Shown: one piece after another, positions 6,234 to 13,683 of the stretch
Position numbering within the stretch: position 1 is the stretch's first letter
How the letters are laid out: each line of letters begins with the position of its first letter
IMG/VR virus record: IMGVR_UViG_3300042402_002792
Source of the DNA: a virus
Lineage: Duplodnaviria; Heunggongvirae; Uroviricota; Caudoviricetes
Reading direction: 5' to 3' (one strand)
DNA: 64,000 nucleotides
Notes under the pieces: model-generated
Database searches by the model: none
Told to the model about the DNA's origin: nothing
The model's input: the letters and a program-made list of their open reading frames with translations, nothing else
Position numbers and translations under genes: made by a program

Positions 6234-6815
6234 ATGAAAATATTTGATAAAGTTTTAGGTCAAAATGCTTTACAATCTTTACAAAAAGAGATTGTGCATA
6301 GCACAGCATTTCCATGGTATAAAACACTAACAACTTACGATTTGAAAGAACCGAATAGCATCAATGACTATAGTTGGTTTCACTTAGTATCAAAAGAAGG
6401 CGAAGTAGTTTCACAAGTCTATTCGTTGCTGTATCCTATGTTGCTATGTGCATTTGATAATATTAACGAACCTGTTAAAGATTTTATAAGATTACGGTTA
6501 GCATTGCAAACACCGATAGGTCAAAAGTTTGTAAATGATGCTCACACAGACTACGGCTTTGAACACAAGACAGCATTATTATATTTGAACACTTGCGATG
6601 GTAACACAATCATCTACAATGAAGCTTATGATCACAAATCGCAAATAAGTCCACTAGATTATTTAAATAACAACTTAAAAAATAATTTAACTGTATTAAG
6701 TGAAGTTGAACCAGTAGAAAATAGACTAGTGCTGTTTGATGGTTTACGTTATCATTCAAGTCAGCGTCCTATTAACTTTCCTTACAGAATTATTTTAAAC
6801 ATAAATTATAATTAA
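6234..6815 (+). CDS. 2OG-Fe(II) oxygenase-like paralog
   Basis: 193 aa. Motifs AHTD (HxD) and distal LRYHSSQR. Confidence 0.5.
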   Translation: MKIFDKVLGQNALQSLQKEIVHSTAFPWYKTLTTYDLKEPNSINDYSWFHLVSKEGEVVSQVYSLLYPMLLCAFDNINEPVKDFIRLRLALQTPIGQKFVNDAHTDYGFEHKTALLYLNTCDGNTIIYNEAYDHKSQISPLDYLNNNLKNNLTVLSEVEPVENRLVLFDGLRYHSSQRPINFPYRIILNINYN

Positions 6816-6823
6816 TATTTTAT

Positions 6824-6899
6824 TCCCTGATAGCTCAGTCGGTAGAGCGACGGACTGTTAATCCGCAGGTCCCTGGTTCGAGCCCAGGTCGGGGAGCCA
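6824..6899 (+). tRNA. tRNA-Asn (anticodon GTT)
   Basis: Acceptor TCCCTGA/TCGGGGA. D-arm GCTC-AGTCGGTA-GAGC. Anticodon loop CTGTTAA. T-arm CCTGG-TTCGAGC-CCAGG. CCA is encoded. Confidence 0.65.
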
Positions 6900-6914
6900 A
6901 ACAAAGAGGAAATT

Positions 6915-7232
6915 ATGAGCAAAGGTAGTAGACCTCGTCCATATAGTGTTAGTCAAAATACGTTTGCTAGCAACTACGATGCAATTTTTCGCAAGCCCGA
7001 TCCTAGGGTTCGAGAAGAATCTATTCAAGAAGACGAAGCATTTAAAGAATTAGAAAAAAGGAATACAATGAGTCCATCAGTAGAACAAATGAAACAAGGT
7101 ACGTGCGGGTGCGGCCGTAGCCCTACAGGAAACTGTTGTGGGTGGCATGCGCTAACAGAAGAACAATATCAGCAACGTAAAGAACTTTACGAAACTGGTA
7201 AAGCTGATTTGCAAGGTCGCGAAGTTAAGTAA
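6915..7232 (+). CDS. Hypothetical Cys-rich protein
   Basis: 105-aa ORF. Ribosome-binding site AAGAGGA. Cys cluster CGCGRSPTGNCCGWH. Confidence 0.45.
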   Translation: MSKGSRPRPYSVSQNTFASNYDAIFRKPDPRVREESIQEDEAFKELEKRNTMSPSVEQMKQGTCGCGRSPTGNCCGWHALTEEQYQQRKELYETGKADLQGREVK

Positions 7233-7235
7233 TCT

Positions 7236-7865
7236 TTGATGTTAAGCACAGTCCTTGATAAGATTAACACTGACGCTGTTCATTATCAACAGCAGGCCGT
7301 AAGCACTGACATTTTTTCTTGGGAAGAATTAGAACGCTTGTTAAATCTTAGGCCATTTGTTAATCATAAAAGATTTCACATACTTAATGATAAAAACTAC
7401 ACTTGGCATAATCCAGGATGGGCTAGTGACAATGGGTATCCTCCGTCTTTGATACAAGAAGAAATCAAAAAGTATGTTTGCTATTTGAGTGACTGTTCTA
7501 AAGTAAACAAATCAATTAATGAGTTGTGTAAACTGATTGAAAATCAGACAGGCAGCGAAGTTGATGCTCATGTTTATTTTTCGTTTTTCTATCAAGATCA
7601 AGACATAGAAAAATATATACACAAAGATAAATCTAATAATTTAATAATTCAAATTGATGGAGAGACTAACTTTAAGGTATTCGGGACTGATCGAAACAGC
7701 GATATTATCTTAGATGTAATTATGCAACCTGGGGATATGCTTTACATACCTGCAGGATATTGGCACGGTGCGCTAAGTCTGAGTCGTAGATTAAGCTTGA
7801 GTATTCCTATTAGTCCTCATCGAGTTGAAATACAAGAAGATAGACACTGGATACAATTAAAATGA
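7236..7865 (+). CDS. Cupin/JmjC-like protein
   Basis: 209 aa. A motif GDMLYIPAGYWHG typical of cupin/JmjC beta-barrel hydroxylases. Confidence 0.45.
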   Translation: MMLSTVLDKINTDAVHYQQQAVSTDIFSWEELERLLNLRPFVNHKRFHILNDKNYTWHNPGWASDNGYPPSLIQEEIKKYVCYLSDCSKVNKSINELCKLIENQTGSEVDAHVYFSFFYQDQDIEKYIHKDKSNNLIIQIDGETNFKVFGTDRNSDIILDVIMQPGDMLYIPAGYWHGALSLSRRLSLSIPISPHRVEIQEDRHWIQLK

Positions 7866-8479
7866 AATACGCTTACTTTAACCCTACTATTGTAGCAATG
7901 GACGATGTACCTGATGATATTTTTCAATGGTGTGTAAATGCTGTTGAGCAAGCACATCTCAGAGAAGATCTCAATGATGCTGGTAATCCAGTATTAAGTA
8001 TTCGAGGCGGCCAACAAGTACAAATACTGCCTAACGAAATGGGTATAGATATAGAGCCGTTGGCTAGATACATTGAAGATATATGCACTCAATATATTGA
8101 TTCTGTACGTGCAAGTGCCGGCATTACCGATGAATTGCCTGTTAAACCTGTATTAGTTAGTGCATGGACTTTAAAACAAGGTCCAGGAGACTATCAGGCA
8201 CTACATAGTCATGAAGCACACTTGAGCGGTAATATCTACATACAAGTTCCAGAACTTGATCTAGATTCTACTAATACAGATTCGTGTATTGAATTTAGAT
8301 TGCCTACTGTACGTAACCCGGCAAGATTTGTATTCACAGACACTTGGCGGTTCAAACCTGAACGTGCTAAAATAATAATGTTTCCTAGTTATCTTCCACA
8401 CACAGTTTATCCGTGGACGGGTAAAGGGCATAGAATTAGTTTAGCATGGGATGCCAAATTAATTGACAAGAGTATCTAA
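7862..8479 (+). CDS. 2OG-Fe(II) oxygenase-like protein
   Basis: 205 aa. Motifs HSHEAH ... PHTVYP ... RISLAWD (distal His plus RxS). Confidence 0.45.
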   Translation: MKYAYFNPTIVAMDDVPDDIFQWCVNAVEQAHLREDLNDAGNPVLSIRGGQQVQILPNEMGIDIEPLARYIEDICTQYIDSVRASAGITDELPVKPVLVSAWTLKQGPGDYQALHSHEAHLSGNIYIQVPELDLDSTNTDSCIEFRLPTVRNPARFVFTDTWRFKPERAKIIMFPSYLPHTVYPWTGKGHRISLAWDAKLIDKSI

Positions 8480-8491
8480 AAGATATATAAT
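8463..8491 (+). promoter_or_regulatory. Perfect sigma70 consensus promoter TTGACA-N17-TATAAT, placed upstream of tRNA-Thr, the structured RNA and tRNA-Gly
   Basis: TTGACA at 8463-8468, 17-nt spacer, TATAAT at 8486-8491. It is followed by AGACACA, as in the promoter at 10240. Confidence 0.55.
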
Positions 8492-8524
8492 AGACACAAG
8501 TTAGAAATTGTTCTTTAAAAATTT

Positions 8525-8599
8525 GCCGGATTAGCTCAGTGGTAGAGCAACCGCCTTGTAAGCGGTAGGTCGTCAGTTCAATCCCGACATCCGGCACCA
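8525..8599 (+). tRNA. tRNA-Thr (anticodon TGT)
   Basis: Perfect acceptor GCCGGAT/ATCCGGC. D-arm GCTC-AGTGGTA-GAGC. Anticodon stem ACCGC/GCGGT with loop CTTGTAA. T-loop TTCAATC. CCA is encoded. Confidence 0.65.
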
Positions 8600-8902
8600 A
8601 GAAAAACCCCGGTTTACTCTTTTACGTTATATAAAGAGCGTCCCTGTAACGATAGACCAGGGGGTACACTAGGACCTGACCTTACAGTCCCCGTTGGGGG
8701 ATACTGAAAACTGCCTAGGGTGAGGAACGCTAACCTCTTCCAAAAGAAGAAATACGTGGACAGAGTAACCGCTCAGTCTAGGGCTCATGTGGTGTGAGTA
8801 GCTAGACACTTTAATCAAATACATTTGGCTTAACTATAAGTTAAGTTGCAAGGACGGCACACCATCCGCAATGAAAAAGTGACAAGTGTGTTTGATTAAA
8901 GT
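8600..8902 (+). ncRNA. Highly structured ~300-nt non-coding RNA candidate lying between tRNA-Thr and tRNA-Gly
   Basis: No open reading frame. A 21-bp long-range helix (8802-8822 with 8879-8903). A perfect hairpin CTTAACT-ATA-AGTTAAG. Nested hairpins GTCTAGGGCTCA..TGAGTAGCTAGAC. CCCTG..CAGGG and CTCTTT..AAAGAG stems. This resembles the stable RNAs embedded in the T4 tRNA cluster. Confidence 0.35.
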
Positions 8903-8976
8903 GCGGGGTTAGTTTAATGGCAAAACAGCAGATTTCCAATCTTCGGTCGAGAGTTCGATTCTCTCACTCCGCTCCA
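8903..8976 (+). tRNA. tRNA-Gly (anticodon TCC)
   Basis: Acceptor GCGGGGT/ACTCCGC. D-arm GTTT..AAAC. Anticodon loop TTTCCAA. T-arm GAGAG-TTCGATT-CTCTC. CCA is encoded. Confidence 0.6.
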
Positions 8977-8987
8977 AAATATAAATT

Positions 8988-9620
8988 ATGGAATTAATAA
9001 CACATACAGCACCAAAACAAGGTATATCGTTTTTGGTAATTAAAAATTTATACTCTCAAAATGAGTTATTTTTAATCCAAAAAGAGTTAGACTTTCTTTG
9101 GAGTAGTCTTGCTTTTTCAAGAGATGAGGACTATCTAAATGTTGCAAAATTAGATGACGGATCAATATTAGGTAAAAGAAGTGGTGTTTGGTTAGATTTT
9201 TTCTATAACAAACGAGAAAGTTCTAGTATATTACGACTTAATCGAAAACCATTTTCAGACGATACAATAAGAAATACATTTGCTAATTTGAATCCATATC
9301 ATTTTCATTATCTTAAATTAGATTATGATAATACTTTACTTCAGTATTATGAAAATTCGGATTATTATAAACCGCACACTGATCATTCTATGTTTAGTTT
9401 AGTGACATGGTTTCATAAAGATCCAAAAAAATTTACTGGAGGAAATTTTAAGTTTACAGATTTAGACTATACAATTGAAATTGAAAATAATATGTGTGTA
9501 ATCTTTCCAAGTTTCTTGTGGCACGAAGTAGAAGAAATTAAAATAACAGAAACTAGTAAATATGAGCCAAATGGAAGATTTTCAATGACTCAATTTGTAG
9601 TGTATAATCCAACAAAATAG
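8988..9620 (+). CDS. 2OG-Fe(II) oxygenase (prolyl-4-hydroxylase-like pattern)
   Basis: 210 aa. Motifs HTD ... WHEV ... RFS (HxD...H...RxS). Confidence 0.55.
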   Translation: MELITHTAPKQGISFLVIKNLYSQNELFLIQKELDFLWSSLAFSRDEDYLNVAKLDDGSILGKRSGVWLDFFYNKRESSSILRLNRKPFSDDTIRNTFANLNPYHFHYLKLDYDNTLLQYYENSDYYKPHTDHSMFSLVTWFHKDPKKFTGGNFKFTDLDYTIEIENNMCVIFPSFLWHEVEEIKITETSKYEPNGRFSMTQFVVYNPTK

Positions 9621-9694
9621 GACCTTAGCTCAGTTGGTAGAGCGTCTGCCTTACACGCAGAATGTCGTCGGTTCGAACCCGGCAGGTCCTACCA
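9619..9694 (+). tRNA. tRNA-Val (anticodon TAC)
   Basis: Perfect acceptor AGGACCT/AGGTCCT. D-arm GCTC-AGTTGGTA-GAGC. Anticodon stem TCTGC/GCAGA with loop CTTACAC. T-loop TTCGAAC. CCA is encoded. Confidence 0.65.
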
Positions 9695-9701
9695 AAAAAT
9701 T

Positions 9702-9778
9702 CGGAGTGTAGCGCAGTCTGGTAGCGCACCTGGTTTGGGACCAGGGGGTCCAAGGTTCGAATCCTTGTACTCCGACCA
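9702..9778 (+). tRNA. tRNA-Pro (anticodon TGG)
   Basis: Acceptor CGGAGTG/TACTCCG. D-arm GCGC..GCGC. Anticodon stem CCTGG/CCAGG with loop TTTGGGA. T-arm CAAGG-TTCGAAT-CCTTG. CCA is encoded. Confidence 0.65.
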
Positions 9779-9794
9779 TATTTAAGGACTATGT

Positions 9795-9947
9795 ATGCCA
9801 ATGTATGAGACAACTGTAAGAACACCACAAGGTGAAGAAAAGAAGCGAATCTATGCGGATACACCGCAAGAGGCTAAAAAACTTTTTGAAACGTTGTACG
9901 GTGGTCCTCGAGCAGTTCCGTATATTCCAAAAATAGTCGCAAGTTAA
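9795..9947 (+). CDS. Small hypothetical protein of 50 aa
   Basis: Open reading frame MPMYETTVRTPQGEEKKRIYADTPQEAKKLFETLYGGPRAVPYIPKIVAS with an AAGGA ribosome-binding site 6 nt upstream. It sits between two tRNAs and was too short for the ORF track. Confidence 0.35.
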   Translation: MPMYETTVRTPQGEEKKRIYADTPQEAKKLFETLYGGPRAVPYIPKIVAS

Positions 9948-9948
9948 C

Positions 9949-10024
9949 GGGGGATTAGCTCAGCTGGGAGAGCGGTAGCTTTGCAAGCTATAGGTCAACG
10001 GTTCGATCCCGTTATCCTCCACCA
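9949..10024 (+). tRNA. tRNA-Ala (anticodon TGC)
   Basis: Acceptor GGGGGAT/ATCCTCC including a G3·U70. D-arm GCTC-AGCTGGGA-GAGC. Anticodon stem GTAGC/GCTAT with loop TTTGCAA. T-arm AACGG-TTCGATC-CCGTT. CCA is encoded. Confidence 0.65.
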
Positions 10025-10041
10025 ACAAACAGGAGAACGTA

Positions 10042-10242
10042 ATGAAAACGCAAGTTAAAACAAGACCCGTTCGCCTACGTAATATTCGGAATAATCAAGA
10101 AGTTATCTGCGATGATTATACCAATGTTCGGACTATCGACGGGCAGGACTTCGTTGAAGTCCATTTTGAAAATCAAACTCGTAAATTTTGGCTTAACAAA
10201 GCACCCTTACAAAAGGTAAAAGAGAAGTCCAAAAAGAGTTGA
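10042..10242 (+). CDS. Small basic hypothetical protein of 66 aa
   Basis: AGGAG ribosome-binding site 7 nt upstream of the ATG. Lys/Arg-rich. Confidence 0.5.
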   Translation: MKTQVKTRPVRLRNIRNNQEVICDDYTNVRTIDGQDFVEVHFENQTRKFWLNKAPLQKVKEKSKKS

Positions 10243-10268
10243 CAAAGATTAAGATCTATACTATAATA
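10240..10268 (+). promoter_or_regulatory. Perfect sigma70 consensus promoter TTGACA-N17-TATAAT driving a ~500-nt non-coding leader or RNA upstream of the TROVE-like gene
   Basis: TTGACA at 10240-10245, 17-nt spacer, TATAAT at 10263-10268. Confidence 0.55.
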
Positions 10269-10274
10269 GACACA

Positions 10275-10781
10275 TAGCAAGCAGAAATGCTTGTAGAGAG
10301 TTTTAGGATCGGTACAGCAACATTCATATTACTATGGATCGTTGGACCCTATGGTAGTCAGCTGGAGTTGAAAGGTTCGCCTGGAGACTGTGAAGGTTGC
10401 TATTGAAATAGACCAACAAGCACAGAGTGATGGCCTGTGTAAAATAAAAGCAGTCAACAACGATCCTGTTAGTTTTGGATGACTACAGCAATTTAAATCA
10501 ATCGAACTAAAGCTATAGAAGGTGGCCGCGGGGCACAGTAGAAATACTGTTTTAGAAATAGACGCTCAAGGAATAGCTAGGCCGGCAAAGCCCGGATATG
10601 ATTTACATACAGAAAAATATGTAATAGGCAACATGAATGTTGCTAGGGTCTGAGTGCCGTAATTGGTCAGACCAGAAAATAAACAAATTGGCACGATCAT
10701 CCTGTTAAAGTTTTAGAATGTTAACAGCAACTTTAAATTTTCAAGCATATCGAAAAAAAATACATTCTGTGAGGTAATAAA
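10275..10781 (+). ncRNA. Candidate ~500-nt structured non-coding RNA, possibly Y-RNA-like given its Ro60/TROVE-like neighbour, or a long structured 5' UTR
   Basis: No open reading frame of 60 aa or more on the plus strand across ~500 nt downstream of a consensus promoter. Multiple hairpins (CAAGCA-GAAA-TGCTTG, GGTCTGA..TCAGACC, GCAACAT..ATGTTGC). A T-loop-like GGTTCGCC. Two copies of the ATCCTGTTA..TAACAGCAA hairpin motif. Confidence 0.3.
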
Positions 10782-12191
10782 ATGAACGCATTTGTAAACG
10801 CAATCGCAAATCAAGAAGCCCGTACCGCAAACGGTATGAAGGCACGTAAGTCAACAGCTAAGGCTACCGTTGACCTGTTCTACAACATCGGTGCAAGCCG
10901 TGGTAAGGACATCACAGGCGACTTCACAGCCGCTTATGTGGAAAACGCAGACGTAGCATTACGCATCGCACAATGGGCACGTGATGTCCGAGGTGGTGCA
11001 GGTGAACGTCAACTGTTCCGTGATATTCTAGTTCATCTAGAAAAGCGTGACCCAGACGCCGCTTTGGCTCTTCTAAAGAAGATTCCAGAAGTTGGACGTT
11101 GGGATGACATCTTTGTCTTCACCAACCCTGTTCTGAAGTCAGCCGCTTATACCATGTTGGGCGATGCCCTTCGTGCTAATAACGGTCTGGCTGCAAAGTG
11201 GACCCCCCGTAAGGGTCAAATTGCCGCTGAGATTCGTGCCTTCTTTGGCATGACTCCGAAGCAATATCGTAAGAGCCTTGTTGCTCTTACCAAGGTGGTT
11301 GAAACCCAGATGTGTGCTAACGACTGGGATAACATCAACTTTAGCCATGTTCCTTCTGTGGCTGCTCGCAACTACAAGAAGGCATTCAACCGTCACACTC
11401 CTCTGTTCGCAGAGTATGTGGCCAAGTTGGTGGCAGGGGATAAGACTGTTAAGGTTAACGCCAGCGCAATCTTCCCACATGATGTCCTAAAGGGCATCGC
11501 ACACAGCTACACTAAGCTGAACAAGACAGAAACCGACCATGTGATTGCACAATGGGACGCTCTGCCTAACTATGTAGGTGACGCAAGTATCCTACCTCTA
11601 GTTGACGTTTCTGGTTCGATGACAACATCTGTTCCAGGTTCAACTGTTCGCTGTTTAGATGTAGCAGTCGGTCTAGGCTTGTATCTTGCAGATAAGAACA
11701 AGGGTGTGTTCAAGGACACGTTCTTGACTTTCTCAAGCAAGCCACAACTGGCTACTCTAAAGGGTAACATTGTTGCAAAGGTTGACCAAATGTCAAGTAG
11801 CAACTGGGAAATGAGCACTAACTTGCATGCCGCTATGGACAAGATCCTAAGCGTTGCAGTTAAGGGTTCAGTACCGGCTAGTGACATGCCAAAGATGTTA
11901 CTCATCTTGAGTGACATGCAGTTTAACCAATGTGCTCGTTTCGACGACTCAGCAATGCAAATGATTGAACGAAAGTTCGCAGATGCAGGTTACACTGTTC
12001 CGCAAATTGTTTTCTGGAACCTAAACAGTTCTGGCAACGTGCCTGTAAAGGCAGACAAGAGTGGCGCGGCACTGGTAAGTGGTTTTAGTCCAAGCATCAT
12101 GACAGCTCTGTTGTCAGCGGATATGGACCAATTCACTCCAGAAGGTATCATGATGAAGACTGTAATGGTTCCTCGTTATGACCTTAACTAA
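10782..12191 (+). CDS. Ro60/TROVE-like or DUF2828-like protein with a C-terminal vWA (MIDAS) domain
   Basis: 469 aa. MIDAS motif DxSxS (LVDVSGSMTT) within a vWA-like C-terminal half, and a helical N-terminal half. Noticeably GC-richer than its neighbours. AGGTAAT ribosome-binding site. Confidence 0.5.
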   Translation: MNAFVNAIANQEARTANGMKARKSTAKATVDLFYNIGASRGKDITGDFTAAYVENADVALRIAQWARDVRGGAGERQLFRDILVHLEKRDPDAALALLKKIPEVGRWDDIFVFTNPVLKSAAYTMLGDALRANNGLAAKWTPRKGQIAAEIRAFFGMTPKQYRKSLVALTKVVETQMCANDWDNINFSHVPSVAARNYKKAFNRHTPLFAEYVAKLVAGDKTVKVNASAIFPHDVLKGIAHSYTKLNKTETDHVIAQWDALPNYVGDASILPLVDVSGSMTTSVPGSTVRCLDVAVGLGLYLADKNKGVFKDTFLTFSSKPQLATLKGNIVAKVDQMSSSNWEMSTNLHAAMDKILSVAVKGSVPASDMPKMLLILSDMQFNQCARFDDSAMQMIERKFADAGYTVPQIVFWNLNSSGNVPVKADKSGAALVSGFSPSIMTALLSADMDQFTPEGIMMKTVMVPRYDLN

Positions 12192-12210
12192 AAAGTATTA
12201 ACTTTTGAAA

Positions 12211-12236
12211 TAGCACCTTCGGGTGCTATTTTTTTA
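12211..12236 (+). terminator. Rho-independent terminator
   Basis: Hairpin TAGCACC-TTCG-GGTGCTA followed by T7. Confidence 0.6.
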
Positions 12237-12238
12237 GG

Positions 12239-12267
12239 TTGACGTAGCCAAAGTTTGGTGCTATAAT
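12239..12267 (+). promoter_or_regulatory. Perfect sigma70-type promoter TTGACG-N17-TATAAT. The ATG at 12274 lies 6 nt after the -10 element, implying a leaderless transcript
   Basis: TTGACG at 12239-12244, 17-nt spacer, TATAAT at 12262-12267. Confidence 0.5.
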
Positions 12268-12465
12268 ATGTGTATGTACAAAGTAATAAACAAAGAAATA
12301 GAAACAGAATTTCCTAGCTTAGATGCGGCAATGGCCTATGCTAAGACTTTAGATGCTTTTGTTAGTATCACAGGAAGCGAATTTGAAATCGTAGGTAAGT
12401 TTGGCGTTGATGAAGTAGCTGATCCAAACTACGACGGATGGATATCTAGAAAACAAGGAGTGTAA
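12268..12465 (+). CDS. Small hypothetical protein, probably initiating at ATG 12274 as a leaderless mRNA
   Basis: 65-aa ORF. A second in-frame ATG at 12274 coincides with the predicted transcription start. Confidence 0.45.
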   Translation: MCMYKVINKEIETEFPSLDAAMAYAKTLDAFVSITGSEFEIVGKFGVDEVADPNYDGWISRKQGV

Positions 12466-12466
12466 A

Positions 12467-12958
12467 ATGCCGTGGATTGAAAATGTAAGTTTGGGAGATA
12501 TCCCAAAAGGTCGGCATCACCTTGCTGGCGAGAATAGTATGCTAATTCAGATTGTTGATCCCGGCATGGAGTTTCCTCACCCTATGCACAAGTTCAAAGA
12601 GACACATCGATTTCAGTTTCTGGACCTTGAGGTAGGTGATGCATTTGGTGAAGAATTTAAAGTCACCGATGCTCAGGCGGACCTACTTGTCAGACTATTA
12701 CAACATGCATTGGACAAAAGAATGAATGTAGTTGTTCACTGTGTTGCAGGAGTGTGCCGGTCGGGTGCGGTCTGTGAGGTTGGTGTAATGATAGGCTTTA
12801 ATGATACTGAAGTTTTTCGTAGTCCTAACTTAATGGTCAAGCATAAGATGATGAAAGTTTTAGGTTGGACTTATGATGAAAACGAAGCGCACACTATTAA
12901 TGGTGTAATTTTAGATTCTGGGCTTATTGTGCCTAAGAACTACGAAGGTGATATTTAA
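12467..12958 (+). CDS. Dual-specificity (Cys-based, CX5R) phosphatase
   Basis: VVVHCVAGVCRSGAV matches the VHCxAGxxRSG DSP/PTP P-loop signature. 163 aa. Confidence 0.65.
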   Translation: MPWIENVSLGDIPKGRHHLAGENSMLIQIVDPGMEFPHPMHKFKETHRFQFLDLEVGDAFGEEFKVTDAQADLLVRLLQHALDKRMNVVVHCVAGVCRSGAVCEVGVMIGFNDTEVFRSPNLMVKHKMMKVLGWTYDENEAHTINGVILDSGLIVPKNYEGDI

Positions 12959-12973
12959 AGAAAGGAGGGCAAG

Positions 12974-13579
12974 ATGCCTAGTGTATTTTTAGTTAGCGAC
13001 ACGCATTTCGGACATACCGGCGTCTGTCGCTTCACACGTAACGATGGTGTTACAAAGTTACGCCCATGGGATAGTCCTGAAGAAATGGACGAAGCTATGA
13101 TCAAGGCGTGGAACGAGCGAGTTAAACCCACTGACAAGGTCTACCACTTGGGCGATGTTGTCATCAACCGTAAGGCCATGTCAACGTTAGCTCGTTTAAA
13201 CGGCGACAAGGTTTTAATCCGCGGCAACCACGACATCTTCCGTGACGACGAGTACAGACAGTACTTTAGAGAATTACGTGCATACCATGTTATGAACGGA
13301 ATGATCTTAAGTCACATTCCTGTACATAGTGATAGCTTAGGACGTTTTGGAGTTAACATTCACGGACACTTACACGCAAACCGCGTTAAGAAGGCCCGTG
13401 GTGTTGATGCACGTACAGGAGAGATCTTATACAGCGATGAGAACGATGTTCGTTACCATTGTGTCTGCGTAGAGCAAACACCTAACTTTGCTCCTATATT
13501 GTTTGAAGAAGTAATTGCACGGATTGAAGCAGAAGGTGGCACAGTTGGTTTTAAAAACGGCAACGGCCCTACAATGTAA
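12974..13579 (+). CDS. Calcineurin-like metallophosphoesterase
   Basis: Motifs DTHFGH, GDVV, GNHD and GHLH. AAGGAGG ribosome-binding site. Confidence 0.65.
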   Translation: MPSVFLVSDTHFGHTGVCRFTRNDGVTKLRPWDSPEEMDEAMIKAWNERVKPTDKVYHLGDVVINRKAMSTLARLNGDKVLIRGNHDIFRDDEYRQYFRELRAYHVMNGMILSHIPVHSDSLGRFGVNIHGHLHANRVKKARGVDARTGEILYSDENDVRYHCVCVEQTPNFAPILFEEVIARIEAEGGTVGFKNGNGPTM

Positions 13580-13683
13580 AGAAAAAGAATGTCTTATCGT
13601 AAATATTATTTTAAACAAATGATTAGGACCGTTAAGGCATTCTTACTGTATACCAAAGGGTTTGTTTTAAATAGGAAAATATA

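Noticed and set aside
9625-9864. ORF at 9625-9864 (-)
   Set aside because: It is antisense to tRNA-Val and tRNA-Pro. The small plus-strand ORF at 9795-9947 with a ribosome-binding site is preferred.
11139-11917. Three ORFs nested inside or antisense to the TROVE-like gene (11139-11480 -, 11278-11490 +, 11570-11917 -)
   Set aside because: They are open frames in a GC-richer gene where stop codons are rarer. They have no independent start context and are fully overlapped by a well-supported CDS.
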